From contig OZ244823.1 in the NCBI GenBank assembly GCA_965220365.1, positions 81,650 through 145,649 on the forward strand: a stretch of 64,000 nucleotides of DNA, given 5' to 3'. Under the pieces are notes generated by a model. The model did no database searches. It had not been told where the DNA came from and saw only the letters and a list, made by a program, of their open reading frames with translations. The first letter of the stretch is position 1. The number at the start of each line of letters is the position of its first letter. This document shows, in pieces, positions 23,625-33,842 of this stretch. The DNA is from Rhodothermales bacterium (GTDB taxonomy: Bacteria > Bacteroidota > Rhodothermia > Rhodothermales > Bin80). The position numbers and the translations under genes are program-made.

Positions 23625-25772
23625 CTGAACTTCCCCCCTTTCTGGTTTCCCCGATATACGATATTCCCCATGAATTTAGGATATTTTGGGGATAGATTGC
23701 CCCTCCTCAGCGGGGGGGATCTGGGGGCTTTTCCTCAATTCTGTGAACCAAAGGGCTACACCGGCTTGATGCCTAGAAGTTTGAGTGCCCGCTGTTGGGT
23801 AGGACTAATTTTCTCCACCATGATCACTTCCGGGGATTTATCTACGGAGATTTTTGGTACAACAACCAGACGGCAAAGCCCCGCGAGTTCGTCCATCACC
23901 TCGGCAAAGCTCATGACTTTTTCTCCTTCATGATTTCGTTTGGTTCGGGCTTTCTTTTTCGTCCGGGGAGAGGGTTTGGCCGGTTCCACGGCATTCTTGC
24001 GCTGTGCAGCTTTCCCCGCTGGATCATCCTCAGTAAACAACATGGGGGCTAACTTCCGGCGCAGATGATACTCCACATAGTAGGCCAGCATGCATAAAAA
24101 CACATGGGCGATCACCCGGTTTTTCTTGCGATGGTGAATTGGACGTACGCGCAACGAGATTGTTTTCATCGTGCGAAAGGCCTGCTCCACCGTGGACAGA
24201 CGCTTATAATTCGCCACCAATTCGGTCGCCTCCGGCTTCTGTTTCAAACTGGAGCGGATCGCATACAAGCCGTCAAGCCGTTCTGCCTTCGCAATGGCCG
24301 CCGCATTGCGCTCATAGGCAAAGTGTTCCTGCTCAATCTCCAGCGTGAAGAACTTCTGGACCTTGTATTTTCCAATGACCCGCCCGACGCGTACGCCAAT
24401 TTTGCCTTTGCACGTTAACCGGCGCTGCGCACGCTTGGTGGCTGCAACAATTTCATCCAGGGCTTGCTCGGTCTTGATCAGGAGTTCTTCCCGCTGTCGC
24501 TTGCTCTTCTGGGCCTGCAAGGGGTTTCTGCATAACACAATCCGATCCTCTGGATACAGATCACTGTGTAGTTCCATCACATCCTGTTCATCAAACAGGC
24601 TCATCTGCACCTGTTTCTGTTCCACCACCGCACGAATCTCATTCTTTTTCATGGCGGTGATCCAGTCGAGTCCCACGGGGATCAACTCTTCCTGAATCTG
24701 CTTTTGCTGCAGGATTCCCCGATCCCCTACCAACACCACTTGCTGGAGCCCAAAGGTCTGCTGAAGCTTCTTCACCTGCGCACCAAGCGTCTCTACATCT
24801 GCGGTATTGCCGCGGAAAACTTCGACCGACACCGGGCAGCCCTCTGGATCGGTCATCAGACCGATAACGATCTGCTGCTTGCCCCGCTTCTTGTCCCGGT
24901 TGTAGCCATAGGCGGCAAATTCATTCTGCTGGCCTTCCACATAGCTGCTGGTGACATCATAGAGCACCATACCACCTTCCTTGAGGTATCGTTTGGCGAG
25001 GCGCTGCTCAATACGTGTTTTGTGTTGGAGCAGTTGATCCATCGCAGCATACAGATCCTCCTCGTCCACACATTTGAGTCCAAGCTCTTCATTGAGCGTG
25101 GAGGCGGCGGTGCGCACATCCAACATAGAGCTGGTGGCCAGTTTGCTGGCCGGCTTGATTACCCGTGCGGCGATCATGCCGAGCACCAGTCGTCGGAAGC
25201 GGGAATTCTTCGGCGCAATGAGTTCAGGCAGATCCAGTTGATTCATGATGCCCAGGACCGCGGCAACGTGTCCGTGCGGGGTATTGCTTTGAATGGTGAA
25301 GGCGTCTTCAACGGATTTGACAGCGGTGCCTCCCTTCAAGAGAACCCGAAGCCCCTCAATGACGTCCATGGGGAGTTTGGAGATATTGGCGAGGGTGGTT
25401 TTGACGATTTTCCCCTGGACGCGTTTGGATTCTCGAATGAGCCAGGTGGGGTTGGAATTTCGGTTGGGGATTTTGGCTACATACATGGGTACATGTGTGG
25501 AATCAGTTTCTGGGATAATATACGCATTTATTGGTAATTATACCAAAAATCTGTTCCAATTTATCGAAAAAACATTCCCAAATACATGGGTACATAAAAA
25601 TCAATGCTAAATCCCCCGAAATACCTGTTTTGGGAGAAGAAATCAAGGAAAAAACGTGAAATACCCCGAATATCAAGGGGCCACAGTACAAATTATGGAC
25701 CCTTGAGTACGCAATGGAGTGCCTTAATCCTTAATCCAACCAATGGGGAGGGAAATTAGGGGGGAAGTTCAG
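23625..25772 (-). mobile_element. IS1634-like (IS4 superfamily) element, 2,148 bp, inserted into the IS5 transposase gene
   Basis: Perfect 14-nt terminal IRs ctgaacttcccccc (23625-23638) / ggggggaagttcag (25759-25772). These are flanked by a 6-bp direct repeat ATTTGA (23619-23624 and 25773-25778). Subterminal aggatattttgggg / ccccgaaatacct repeats are also present. Confidence 0.85.
23756..25486 (-). CDS. IS1634-family DDE transposase
   Basis: 576 aa. The N-terminus MYVAKIPNRNSNPTWLIRESKRVQGKIVKTTLANISKL is typical of IS1634-type transposases. A basic C-terminal tail is present. Confidence 0.85.
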   Translation of the reverse strand: MYVAKIPNRNSNPTWLIRESKRVQGKIVKTTLANISKLPMDVIEGLRVLLKGGTAVKSVEDAFTIQSNTPHGHVAAVLGIMNQLDLPELIAPKNSRFRRLVLGMIAARVIKPASKLATSSMLDVRTAASTLNEELGLKCVDEEDLYAAMDQLLQHKTRIEQRLAKRYLKEGGMVLYDVTSSYVEGQQNEFAAYGYNRDKKRGKQQIVIGLMTDPEGCPVSVEVFRGNTADVETLGAQVKKLQQTFGLQQVVLVGDRGILQQKQIQEELIPVGLDWITAMKKNEIRAVVEQKQVQMSLFDEQDVMELHSDLYPEDRIVLCRNPLQAQKSKRQREELLIKTEQALDEIVAATKRAQRRLTCKGKIGVRVGRVIGKYKVQKFFTLEIEQEHFAYERNAAAIAKAERLDGLYAIRSSLKQKPEATELVANYKRLSTVEQAFRTMKTISLRVRPIHHRKKNRVIAHVFLCMLAYYVEYHLRRKLAPMLFTEDDPAGKAAQRKNAVEPAKPSPRTKKKARTKRNHEGEKVMSFAEVMDELAGLCRLVVVPKISVDKSPEVIMVEKISPTQQRALKLLGIKPV

Positions 25773-25778
25773 ATTTGA

Positions 25779-26711
25779 AGATGCGAGTTACTGGAATCGT
25801 ACCAAGAAGACCAAGAAACAGCGTTTTCTGACCGAGATGGACGCGGTACTTCCTTGGGAGGCGATGCTGGACTTGATCCGGCCGTTTTACTACAAGGGAG
25901 GCAAGGGGCGTCCGCCGATTGGGTTGGCTACGATGCTGCGCATCTATTTTTTGCAGCAGTGGTATGGATATTCGGATCCGGGGATGGAGGATGCGTTGTA
26001 CGACAACGTGTCGGTGCGGGTATTCGCCCATGTGGAGGCTTGCACGCGCCCGATGAGACGACCATCTGCAAGTTTCGCCATCTATTGGAGCAGCACGGGT
26101 TGACGCGGCGGCTGTTTGAGTTGAGTCGGGATTTGTTGGAACAGCAAGGTCTGCTGGTGAAGGCGGGGACGATCGTGGATGCGAGCATCATTTCGGCGCC
26201 GTCGTCCACCAAGAACCAAGCGAAGCAGCGCGATCCTGAGATGAAGTCAACGAAGAAGGGGACCCCGTGGTATTTCGGTATGAAGGCGCATATCGGGACT
26301 GATCCACAAGGTCTGGTGCATCGTGTGGCGGTCACGGCTGCGAACGTCCATGATGCGACCCTGATGGAGGCGTGTTTGCACGGCCAGGAGAAGGTCATCT
26401 ACGGCGACAAAGCCTATGTGAGCAAGCAGCGAAAGGCAGAGGCAGAAGCGCAGGGTGTGCAATGGCGTGTCTTGCGTAAGGCAACCAGAACGCGCAAACT
26501 CAACTGTGCGGACCAGTCCTTCAACAAGAAGAGTAACCGGACCCGGGCCAGGGTTGAGCATACCTTTGGAGTGATCAAGCATCTTTGGGGCTATCGCAGG
26601 ACGCGCTACCGCGGCTTGGGCAAGAATGCGGCACAGGTCTACACGCTGGTCGCTCTGGCCAACTTTTATTTGGCTCGTGATTCACTGCGGGCTCCCGCGG
26701 TCGCGGGATAG
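25779..26711 (+). pseudogene. IS5-family transposase, disrupted. Codons 1-6 are left at 23605-23624 by the nested IS, and there is a frameshift near 26030.
   Basis: Frame 1 (to 26103) reads FEDASYWNRTKK...LPWEAM...MEDALYDNVSVRVFAHV. The frame of ORF 25854-26711 continues with GLHAPDETTICKFRHLLEQH...SAPSSTKN...RARVEHTFG. Removing 23625-25778 restores ATG-CGA-CAG-GTT-TCA-TTT-GAA-GAT (MRQVSFED). Confidence 0.85.
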
Positions 26712-27043
26712 CTCTGCCCAAACGCCACCGATGGCCGTCTGGCGCCTGAAAAAGGTACGTGGCGGTGGACAAATAGAACGCATTTAGGATGCCAACAGCC
26801 TCCGTGGCCGCATTTCATGTCCGAGTATGTCTACTCCTCCTCCAAAACAGGATTGATCAGAGCTTCCTGTATTTGTTGAAGACCCGTACAGTTTAATACA
26901 TTGTAGCTAAGTCATTGTCTCGCCTCCATGTATTTCGTCCGTGGCACACTACATACCTGAGTACCCAAGGCACACAGGTATGTAATTCCCAAAGAAAAAC
27001 ATCGTACTATTGTGGTTCAATCTTCAATCTACTTGTACAACAA

Positions 27044-27601
27044 ATGGTTACAATACTTTCTCTATGGCTTCCGATCCTCATCGCCTCCGTTCTGGTCTAT
27101 GTTGTGGCCACCATGCTCTACATGGTGATTCCGCTGCATACCAAAGACTTCCCTAAACTCCCCAACGAAGACGCAGTCATGGATGTTCTGCGTGCTCACG
27201 GAGTGAAGCAAGGACAGTACATGTTCCCAGGTGCAGAAAGCAGAAAGGAATGGTCCTCCCCGGAATGGACCGAAAAAGCAAATCGAGGCCCCGTTGGCCT
27301 ACTCTTTATTCATGCCCCTGGGACCAGTATGTCAACGCAGCTCATTTTTCAGGGGGTTTTCGTACTTGCAATTTCGATCATGGCAGGCTATATGGGTTCC
27401 GCCAGCCTCCCTCCCGGAGCAGAATATCTGGAAGTATTCCAGGTTGTGGGAACTGCTGCTTTTCTAGCTCATTCGGCAGGACCCTTTACAGACGCGATCT
27501 GGTACGGATTTAGCTGGAGAATGACTTGGGTGCGTGCGTTTGAGGGGTTGCTGTTCGGCGTATTGACGGCAGGCGTCTTTGGCTGGCTCTGGCCCCAGTA
27601 A
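27044..27601 (+). CDS. Hypothetical integral membrane protein
   Basis: The Met at 27044 begins a TM helix (MVTILSLWLPILIASVLVYVV), with about 4 hydrophobic segments in total. The ORF track start of 26915 (TTG) adds an implausible leader. Confidence 0.5.
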   Translation: MVTILSLWLPILIASVLVYVVATMLYMVIPLHTKDFPKLPNEDAVMDVLRAHGVKQGQYMFPGAESRKEWSSPEWTEKANRGPVGLLFIHAPGTSMSTQLIFQGVFVLAISIMAGYMGSASLPPGAEYLEVFQVVGTAAFLAHSAGPFTDAIWYGFSWRMTWVRAFEGLLFGVLTAGVFGWLWPQ

Positions 27602-27781
27602 TTATAAGCGCCACGATATCTGATAGCCTTCAGGCGAAGGGACATCAACTTGCGTAGTATAGGCGAGATCTGTGCTGAGTTCTCATGAGGAACCTGATGC
27701 TCTGTCGTGCGGGAAAGAGTGCATGCTCAGCAGGTCTCAAGGAAGGGCGCGTACCTGATACAAGTTTGTATGCGCCCGGAT

Positions 27782-28681
27782 TCACCGGGGCTTTTTCCTC
27801 TTTTTGCCGATGCTAAGTCCGTGCAAGCTTTGCCGCATAAACGTCTTGGGGAATTCCTCCAGGTCTTCAAAGCCGAGCTCAATGTCACGTCCACTATGAG
27901 GGATGGATGCGGTCTTGAACAGGTAGTCCCACAGGCTGAGGCTGATCCCGTAATTGATACCATACGGATGACCCTCCGGCCAGTGCTTGGCGTGATGCCA
28001 AATGTGCATCTGAGGACTGTTGATTACATATTTCAGGGGGCCCAGAGGAATCCAGATGTTGCTGTGATTCGCATGCCCGATCACCAGTGTGATCAGATAA
28101 ACAATAAAGAACTCTTCAATCCCAAACCCGATCATCGCCAGCGGAATGTACTGCAGTCCGTTATAGACTACATTCTCCATCCAGTGAAACCGCAGATGTG
28201 CCGCAAACCCCATCTCTTCCACAGAGTGATGCACTTTGTGGAACTCCCATAATGCCGGTATGCGGTGTAAGAGCCGGTGGACGTTCCAATGAATAAAATC
28301 GCGGATCACAAAAAGCACTAACAGCTGTGCCCATACGGGCAGATTGCCCACCTGAATGGCTACTAGATTGGTGATCCCAATACCGGCCAGTGCATCATTG
28401 AAAAGATTCACAACCACCATACTCGCCGCATTGAAAATAAAGAGCGAGAACAGGAAGTAGTTGAAAAACATGTAGAAGAGATCTAGCCAGAAATCATGCC
28501 TGAATTTCTTCTGCTCTTTACGCCATGGGGCGAAGAGCTCAAGCACAAAGAAAAAGAGGCTAACCCCAATTAGCCAATAGAAATAATTGTGCCAATGAGG
28601 GATGGTAATCTCTGTCCACAAATAGCTTGAATAAGCTTCGTAGCCGCCCAGAAATATGTCCCAATATTTCTCCATATTCAC
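27782..28681 (-). CDS. Fatty-acid hydroxylase/sterol desaturase-family membrane protein
   Basis: Histidine boxes HWNVHRLLHR, HKVHHS and HIWHH; multiple TM helices. Confidence 0.8.
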   Translation of the reverse strand: MNMEKYWDIFLGGYEAYSSYLWTEITIPHWHNYFYWLIGVSLFFFVLELFAPWRKEQKKFRHDFWLDLFYMFFNYFLFSLFIFNAASMVVVNLFNDALAGIGITNLVAIQVGNLPVWAQLLVLFVIRDFIHWNVHRLLHRIPALWEFHKVHHSVEEMGFAAHLRFHWMENVVYNGLQYIPLAMIGFGIEEFFIVYLITLVIGHANHSNIWIPLGPLKYVINSPQMHIWHHAKHWPEGHPYGINYGISLSLWDYLFKTASIPHSGRDIELGFEDLEEFPKTFMRQSLHGLSIGKKRKKPR

Positions 28682-30811
28682 CTAACCTGTGCGTGCATAC
28701 CCCTCCATCCGTGCCAATATGAACGTCTCAAAATATGTGTACATCTCCTGGTGCTGAGGTAAAGCTAGATCCTGATCCTGTTCCCAAAGATCTCTCACCG
28801 CTTGTTGCGCCTTTTCCAGGATTGGTGCGTCCTCCGGTATCTCTGCAATCCGAAGTTCCGGCATTCCACTTTGCCGGGTTCCGAATAGATCACCTGCTCC
28901 CCGCAACTTTAAGTCAGCTTCGCTGATCTCGAACCCATCTGTGGTACGCTCAATCACTTCCAGCCGTTCTTTCGACTCCAAAGATTGACGCCATTCTGCC
29001 ATGAGGATACAATAGCTCTGGTGATTGCCACGTCCAACACGTCCCCGCAACTGGTGTAATTGACTCAGCCCAAATCTTTCCGCATGTTCAATAACGATGA
29101 CGGTTGCTTCCGATGCATCCACACCGACTTCAATGACAGTCGTTGCCACCAGAACCTGTATCTGCCCCGACTTGAACCGTGCCATGACCGCTTCTTTTTC
29201 CTGACTCTTCATCTTTCCATGCACGAGCCCCACCTTGTCCCTCTGATACAATTGCTGCCATGCCGAAAAACCTGCTTCGGCATTTTTTAGGTCACTCTTC
29301 TCGCTTTCATCCACCTGCGGATAGACGATATAGGCCTGCCGCCCCTGCCGTAATTGTTCCAGTACAATGGCTTCCATTTCCGGGCGGTTACGTTCCCGGA
29401 GTAGTCTAGTAATGATGCACTTGCGTCCTTTTGGGAGATCCCGAATGGTCGTCATGCTAAGATCCCCATACGTCGTCAGCGAGAGGGATCGTGGAATCGG
29501 CGTAGCACTCATCATAAGTACATGCGGATTGTTTCCCTTGGCAACCAGGCTTGCTCGCTGCTCCACACCAAAGCGATGCTGCTCATCTACCACTGCAAGT
29601 GCCAACTTCTTAAACTTCACCTGCTCCTGAAATACCGCATGGGTTCCTGCAACAATATCAATTTCTCCATTGGCAATCTCTGCCAGGACCTGTTCCCGGA
29701 CTCGCTTACGCTGTCCTCCGATCAGTAACCCGACCTTGATCCCAAGTGGCTCAAGATATTGACACAGGCTGGCATATTGCTGCTCGGCTAGGACCTCTGT
29801 CGGTGCCATAAAAACGCCTTGAAGCTGGCTGTCTGCAACCAGGATCAGGGCCGCAACTGCAACAACGGTCTTGCCACAACCGACATCCCCCTGCAACATA
29901 CGATACATGGGATAGCCACTGAACATGTCCTCTTCTATCGTTTTCAGGGCATCCTTCTGCCCCTGCGTCAACTCAAAGGGCAGTACCTCTTTGATGAACT
30001 GCTCAAAGCGGACTCCCTGACCATTCAAGCGGATCCCTTTACGTTCTGCACGCTTCTTTTTGGTGTGGCGAAGCAGCAGTTGAAGAAAAAATAATTCTTC
30101 AAATTTCAGACGGTGGCTGGCCCTTTCAAGCTCCTCATAGCTTTTGGGGAAATGGATTGCCCGAAGGGCGACTCGACCATCAAGGAGATTGTACCTCTGC
30201 TCTACCCATTCAGGCAAGACCTGTGGAAACTCTAACCCATGGCTCTTGATGAGTTGATAGATGATATTCCGAAACGTTCGGCTGTTGAGGCCAACTCCCT
30301 GCAGCCGTGCACTGCCCGGATACAGGGCGGTGATTCTACCCGTTGAGAGCTGTGGCCCTCCCTCGTCAAGCCGATCGAAATCTGGATGTACCATCGTCCA
30401 GGATTTACCAAACCTTGATACTTCTCCAGTGAACGCAACCCGGTAGCCTGGGGCGAACGCTTTCTGGATCCATTTGATGCCCTTAAACCAGATCAATTTT
30501 AGGTGTCCATTCCAATCGTCACGAATTGACACTTCAAGACGCTGACGGCTACGACCCGAAACCACTTCTGTACTGAGAACGATCCCGATAATTGTGACCA
30601 TCTCCCCTTCGGTATCTAAATGAATCACCCGAGATACATTTGAGTAATCCAAGTAACGCCTGGGGTAATAGTGTAAAAGATCCCGATAGATATCTATACC
30701 AAACTGAGAGAGCACGTCGGCGCGGGAGGGACCCACGCCCTTGAGGTATCGGACCGATTCAGCGAATACATACTTTGCCATGGCAGACGAATTGCCAAAG
30801 TGCGAACCCAC
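28682..30811 (-). CDS. recG: ATP-dependent DNA helicase RecG
   Basis: 709 aa. Motifs seen: wedge/OB N-terminus, Walker A GDVGCGKT, DEQHRFG and QLHQLRGRVGRG. It starts at GTG 30811; an alternative ATG lies at 30781. Confidence 0.93.
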   Translation of the reverse strand: MGSHFGNSSAMAKYVFAESVRYLKGVGPSRADVLSQFGIDIYRDLLHYYPRRYLDYSNVSRVIHLDTEGEMVTIIGIVLSTEVVSGRSRQRLEVSIRDDWNGHLKLIWFKGIKWIQKAFAPGYRVAFTGEVSRFGKSWTMVHPDFDRLDEGGPQLSTGRITALYPGSARLQGVGLNSRTFRNIIYQLIKSHGLEFPQVLPEWVEQRYNLLDGRVALRAIHFPKSYEELERASHRLKFEELFFLQLLLRHTKKKRAERKGIRLNGQGVRFEQFIKEVLPFELTQGQKDALKTIEEDMFSGYPMYRMLQGDVGCGKTVVAVAALILVADSQLQGVFMAPTEVLAEQQYASLCQYLEPLGIKVGLLIGGQRKRVREQVLAEIANGEIDIVAGTHAVFQEQVKFKKLALAVVDEQHRFGVEQRASLVAKGNNPHVLMMSATPIPRSLSLTTYGDLSMTTIRDLPKGRKCIITRLLRERNRPEMEAIVLEQLRQGRQAYIVYPQVDESEKSDLKNAEAGFSAWQQLYQRDKVGLVHGKMKSQEKEAVMARFKSGQIQVLVATTVIEVGVDASEATVIVIEHAERFGLSQLHQLRGRVGRGNHQSYCILMAEWRQSLESKERLEVIERTTDGFEISEADLKLRGAGDLFGTRQSGMPELRIAEIPEDAPILEKAQQAVRDLWEQDQDLALPQHQEMYTYFETFILARMEGYARTG

Positions 30812-30846
30812 TCAAGATAATCACTCGCATCTACATGCCACAATGA

Positions 30847-31242
30847 CAAATTATTATTGAGCCTTTGATACTCCAGGATGATTGGGTTTATCTGTCTGTG
30901 CTGATTGGAGAAAACCCAGATGTTTTCGGACTCGGCTACAGTCAGTCGGGCTACCTCTCCTTCAACGACAACGCCCTGATTGAAGCTTATCAGAAAGCCC
31001 GTTCCCAACCAATTCGTCTCTATTTGGATATTGGTTTATATGAACAGAAAGTGGGACAGGGATGGCTCCCAGAAAATGAAATTGATTTCCTAAGAGCCAA
31101 TCGTGAATTCAGGAAGGTGCTGACAGAGAAGGGATATGATTTTATCTACCGTGAATACCCTGAAAGACATGCATGGGGAAACTGGCGTGCACACCTCACT
31201 GATGCTCTTGTCCATTATTTCCCATCAAGCAAACCTGATTAG
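30847..31242 (+). pseudogene. C-terminal relic of a putative-esterase (enterochelin-esterase-like alpha/beta hydrolase) gene
   Basis: Only the part after the nucleophile elbow is present (NPDVFGLGYSQSG...RLYLDIG...REYPERHAWGNW). The frame is closed by a TGA at 30844, 33 nt from the recG start. Confidence 0.5.
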
Positions 31243-31416
31243 GGGACGGGCTAATCTCTCGTGCGTATTGAGGCAGCGTTGTCTAAGTACCTGCGGAACA
31301 TATGAACCGATCCCGTAGCACATCCATCCCATTAACAATTTTGCTCATCGGATAAAGTCACTACTGTTGACAGACAAACCACTCTGTGGTGTCCCTCCCA
31401 CTTTGATCCAAATTCA

Positions 31417-32157
31417 TTAATGAGCCGCATCGGAGAGATCAAGGCCAATGGGGAACAGGGCCTGATACCCTGTGTTACCGGGAGCCAGTTCCAACATCAA
31501 TCGACCTCTTGAACGGCGAAAAATTCTGTCATTGGAATTACGAACCGTGCGTGTACCGTGTGCATCGTAAGGTGATTTAGCATGCACCTGATCGGTCAAC
31601 TCATCGTCAAAGTAGAGTTGCGACGTAAACTCATATCTCTTCCCCTGTTCCACTCCGGTACGGATCTTAAAATGAAGATGCACAGCCCTGCCTCTATACC
31701 ACCCAGGGTAAATCGTCATGAACCGAGCCATTCCATCCTGGTCCGTCAACTGGTAGCCACGAAGGAATTTCTGGTCACGCAGATCTGATCCCCGATCCCG
31801 AAACCCTGAATACCGCCCCGCAGCATCGCACTGCCAAAGATCTACTTGTGCACCGGGCAAAGACACACATTCTTCGCTGCCTATCCGCAAAACCTGAATT
31901 GTGACCCCAAGAGGCAAACCGGGGGAGACAGAATTGGTGCTGGGATCCATGCGGATATCAGACCGCTCAAGCTCAACATCCGTGAAAAACGGGCCTTCTG
32001 TCTGCTCTGGCCGAACGATACAGTCAGGCACGCCGACTGCTGAAGCAGATTGATTCACTACAAGATGACTAGACCCTGCTACAAAAGCGGCTCCGAAAAT
32101 CTGCATGATTTCTCTTCGGCTCAGTACCCGACCGACAGGCACATCGTCCAAATCCAT
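31417..32157 (-). CDS. Intradiol ring-cleavage dioxygenase-family protein with a Tat-like signal
   Basis: SRREIMQIFGAAFVAG signal; TEGPFF, DLWQCDAAGRYSG and GRAVHLHFKI motifs. Confidence 0.75.
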   Translation of the reverse strand: MDLDDVPVGRVLSRREIMQIFGAAFVAGSSHLVVNQSASAVGVPDCIVRPEQTEGPFFTDVELERSDIRMDPSTNSVSPGLPLGVTIQVLRIGSEECVSLPGAQVDLWQCDAAGRYSGFRDRGSDLRDQKFLRGYQLTDQDGMARFMTIYPGWYRGRAVHLHFKIRTGVEQGKRYEFTSQLYFDDELTDQVHAKSPYDAHGTRTVRNSNDRIFRRSRGRLMLELAPGNTGYQALFPIGLDLSDAAH

Positions 32158-32455
32158 CGTTCTACGTATTTGGTTGCGGTTATTTCTCTATGACCAAAAT
32201 AGAGCGTCTGATACAATCTACAGAACAGCGGACAAAAGTGTCCGTTTTCCTAGACCACTTTAGCACTCTCATCGTCAATCACCTACCGTGCGCAGCTTTC
32301 TATGCCTGCATTCCGCTGCCTTGAATGCATCTGTCAAATTCCTCGTCCTGGTTTCCAAAAACGCATCCTGTAAATCCGTCATCTACGAACCGGTATGAGA
32401 TCCATCTCGTTCAAGGGAGACCATTTCATCGTCAGCACTCACAGAAGACTTACTG

Positions 32456-32992
32456 ATGAATCCTGATCGAGTGACTACCGTGGTACTGATGGGGGCTGAA
32501 TCAACCGGTAAAACCACACTTGCAGCTGCGCTGGCAAAGCATTACAATACGACCTGGGCTGCCGAATACCTGAGGCTGTTTGTTGACGAGAAAGGAGCAC
32601 TTCCTGAGGAGACCGATGTGTATGCGATTGCCAGAGGGCACCTGGATCTAGTTGCCTGCCTTCAGCCTGGGGCTCACAGAGTCCTGTTCGTAGACACAGA
32701 TCTTTTCACTACATGTGTGTACCAGCGCATCTACTTCGGTGAGTGTCCACCCTCTATCGAGCGTGCTGCCAAACGTCATCAGTCGGGGCTTTACCTGTTT
32801 ACGGAACCAGATATCCCCTGGATTCCTGATCCTGGTCAACGGGCGAGCCCCCAAGAGCGCTTACGCTCGCACACACTTTTGATGGCTGAGGCGAAAACCC
32901 ATTCTCTGAACACCGTTCCGATCTGTGGAACCCAGGACCAACGCTTGATCTCTGCGATCAAAGCAGTTGATCACTACCTGACTAAGGGGTAA
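32456..32992 (+). CDS. AAA_28/NadR-kinase-like P-loop ATPase
   Basis: 178 aa with Walker A GAESTGKTTLAAALA. The length and pattern resemble the NadR ribosylnicotinamide-kinase domain. Confidence 0.6.
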   Translation: MNPDRVTTVVLMGAESTGKTTLAAALAKHYNTTWAAEYLRLFVDEKGALPEETDVYAIARGHLDLVACLQPGAHRVLFVDTDLFTTCVYQRIYFGECPPSIERAAKRHQSGLYLFTEPDIPWIPDPGQRASPQERLRSHTLLMAEAKTHSLNTVPICGTQDQRLISAIKAVDHYLTKG

Positions 32993-33842
32993 TGTCCCTG
33001 ACCAGGCGAAATCCTACATGATAGAGTGCAGTCTCCGGTGTCGAGTGACTGCGCCCGGAGACCCGATAACCGTGACACCAGCCCGGCTCGCACAGAAAGC
33101 TGCCCCCTCGCTGCGCTTTCTCGCTACTGGAATTGGGTTGAAATTCCTGATCCCGATCCGCATAGGATCGGTACCAGTCTGCGGTCCACTCCCATACATT
33201 CCCGCCCATATCAACGAGTCCAGCAGGCGTTGCCCCGAATGCTCCCACCGGTGACGTGGTTGCATATCCATCTGCATTGGTATTGAACCTGGGGAATTGG
33301 CCGTTCCACACATTCGCTTTGTACTCTCCGTCCTGTACAAGCAAATCCCCCCAAGCGTATTGACCACTGCTACCCTGACGGGCGGCATGTTCCCATTCAA
33401 TTTCGGTGGGGAGCCGCTTATTCGCCCATTCTGCATACGCAACTGCATCATTCCACGACACCTGTGTAACCGGATGATCATCGGGAGCTGGCGGATAATC
33501 AGGACCTAATGGCCACTGCCAGTATGCACCAGGTTTGAGTCCCCATTGTTTGGTTGAATCATTGAAGATGCCTGCATCTCCAAATGATTCGGCTTGCGTC
33601 ACGTACCCTGTTGCCAAGACAAATTCCTGGAACGATCCGACCGTGACTGGAGAGATATCCATGAAAAACGGCTGAACACGAGCACGAAAAACCGGCCGCT
33701 CATGCGGCATGCCGTTCTCTGACCCAATTTGACTCGTTCCACCCGGGATATAGACCATACCCGACGGCGGAAGAGGAAGTGGCTCCTGACTGCAGGCGCT
33801 AAAAGCCACACAAACAAAAAGAATACATGTCAATCGTTCCAT
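32982..33842 (-). CDS. Formylglycine-generating enzyme (SUMF1/FGE family), lipoprotein-like signal
   Basis: MVYIPGG...RPVF...PVT, GNVWEWTADWY, and RGGSFLCEPGWCHGYRVSGR (paired catalytic Cys). Confidence 0.85.
   Translation of the reverse strand: MERLTCILFVCVAFSACSQEPLPLPPSGMVYIPGGTSQIGSENGMPHERPVFRARVQPFFMDISPVTVGSFQEFVLATGYVTQAESFGDAGIFNDSTKQWGLKPGAYWQWPLGPDYPPAPDDHPVTQVSWNDAVAYAEWANKRLPTEIEWEHAARQGSSGQYAWGDLLVQDGEYKANVWNGQFPRFNTNADGYATTSPVGAFGATPAGLVDMGGNVWEWTADWYRSYADRDQEFQPNSSSEKAQRGGSFLCEPGWCHGYRVSGRSHSTPETALYHVGFRLVRDITP

Larger units (their letters stand above)
23544..26867 (+). mobile_element. IS5-family element (about 1,170 bp once the nested IS is removed), interrupted and frameshifted
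   Basis: Imperfect 18-nt terminal IRs, 15/18 matching: gaaaactctgattaatcc (23544-23561) vs the reverse complement of ggattgatcagagcttcc (26850-26867). The transposase is homologous to E. coli IS5 InsH by eye. The target-site duplication was not resolved. Confidence 0.75.

Noticed and set aside
24704-25537. 277-aa plus-strand ORF
   Set aside because: It is entirely antisense to the IS1634-family transposase gene and has no recognisable motifs.
25854-26033. First roughly 60 codons of ORF 25854-26711 (MGGDAGLDPAVLLQGRQGAS...)
   Set aside because: This is an out-of-frame read-through of the IS5 transposase N-terminal region. Real homology in this stretch lies in the frame of ORF 25837-26103.
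27707-28252. 181-aa plus-strand ORF
   Set aside because: It is antisense to the histidine-box desaturase gene, whose motifs are unambiguous.
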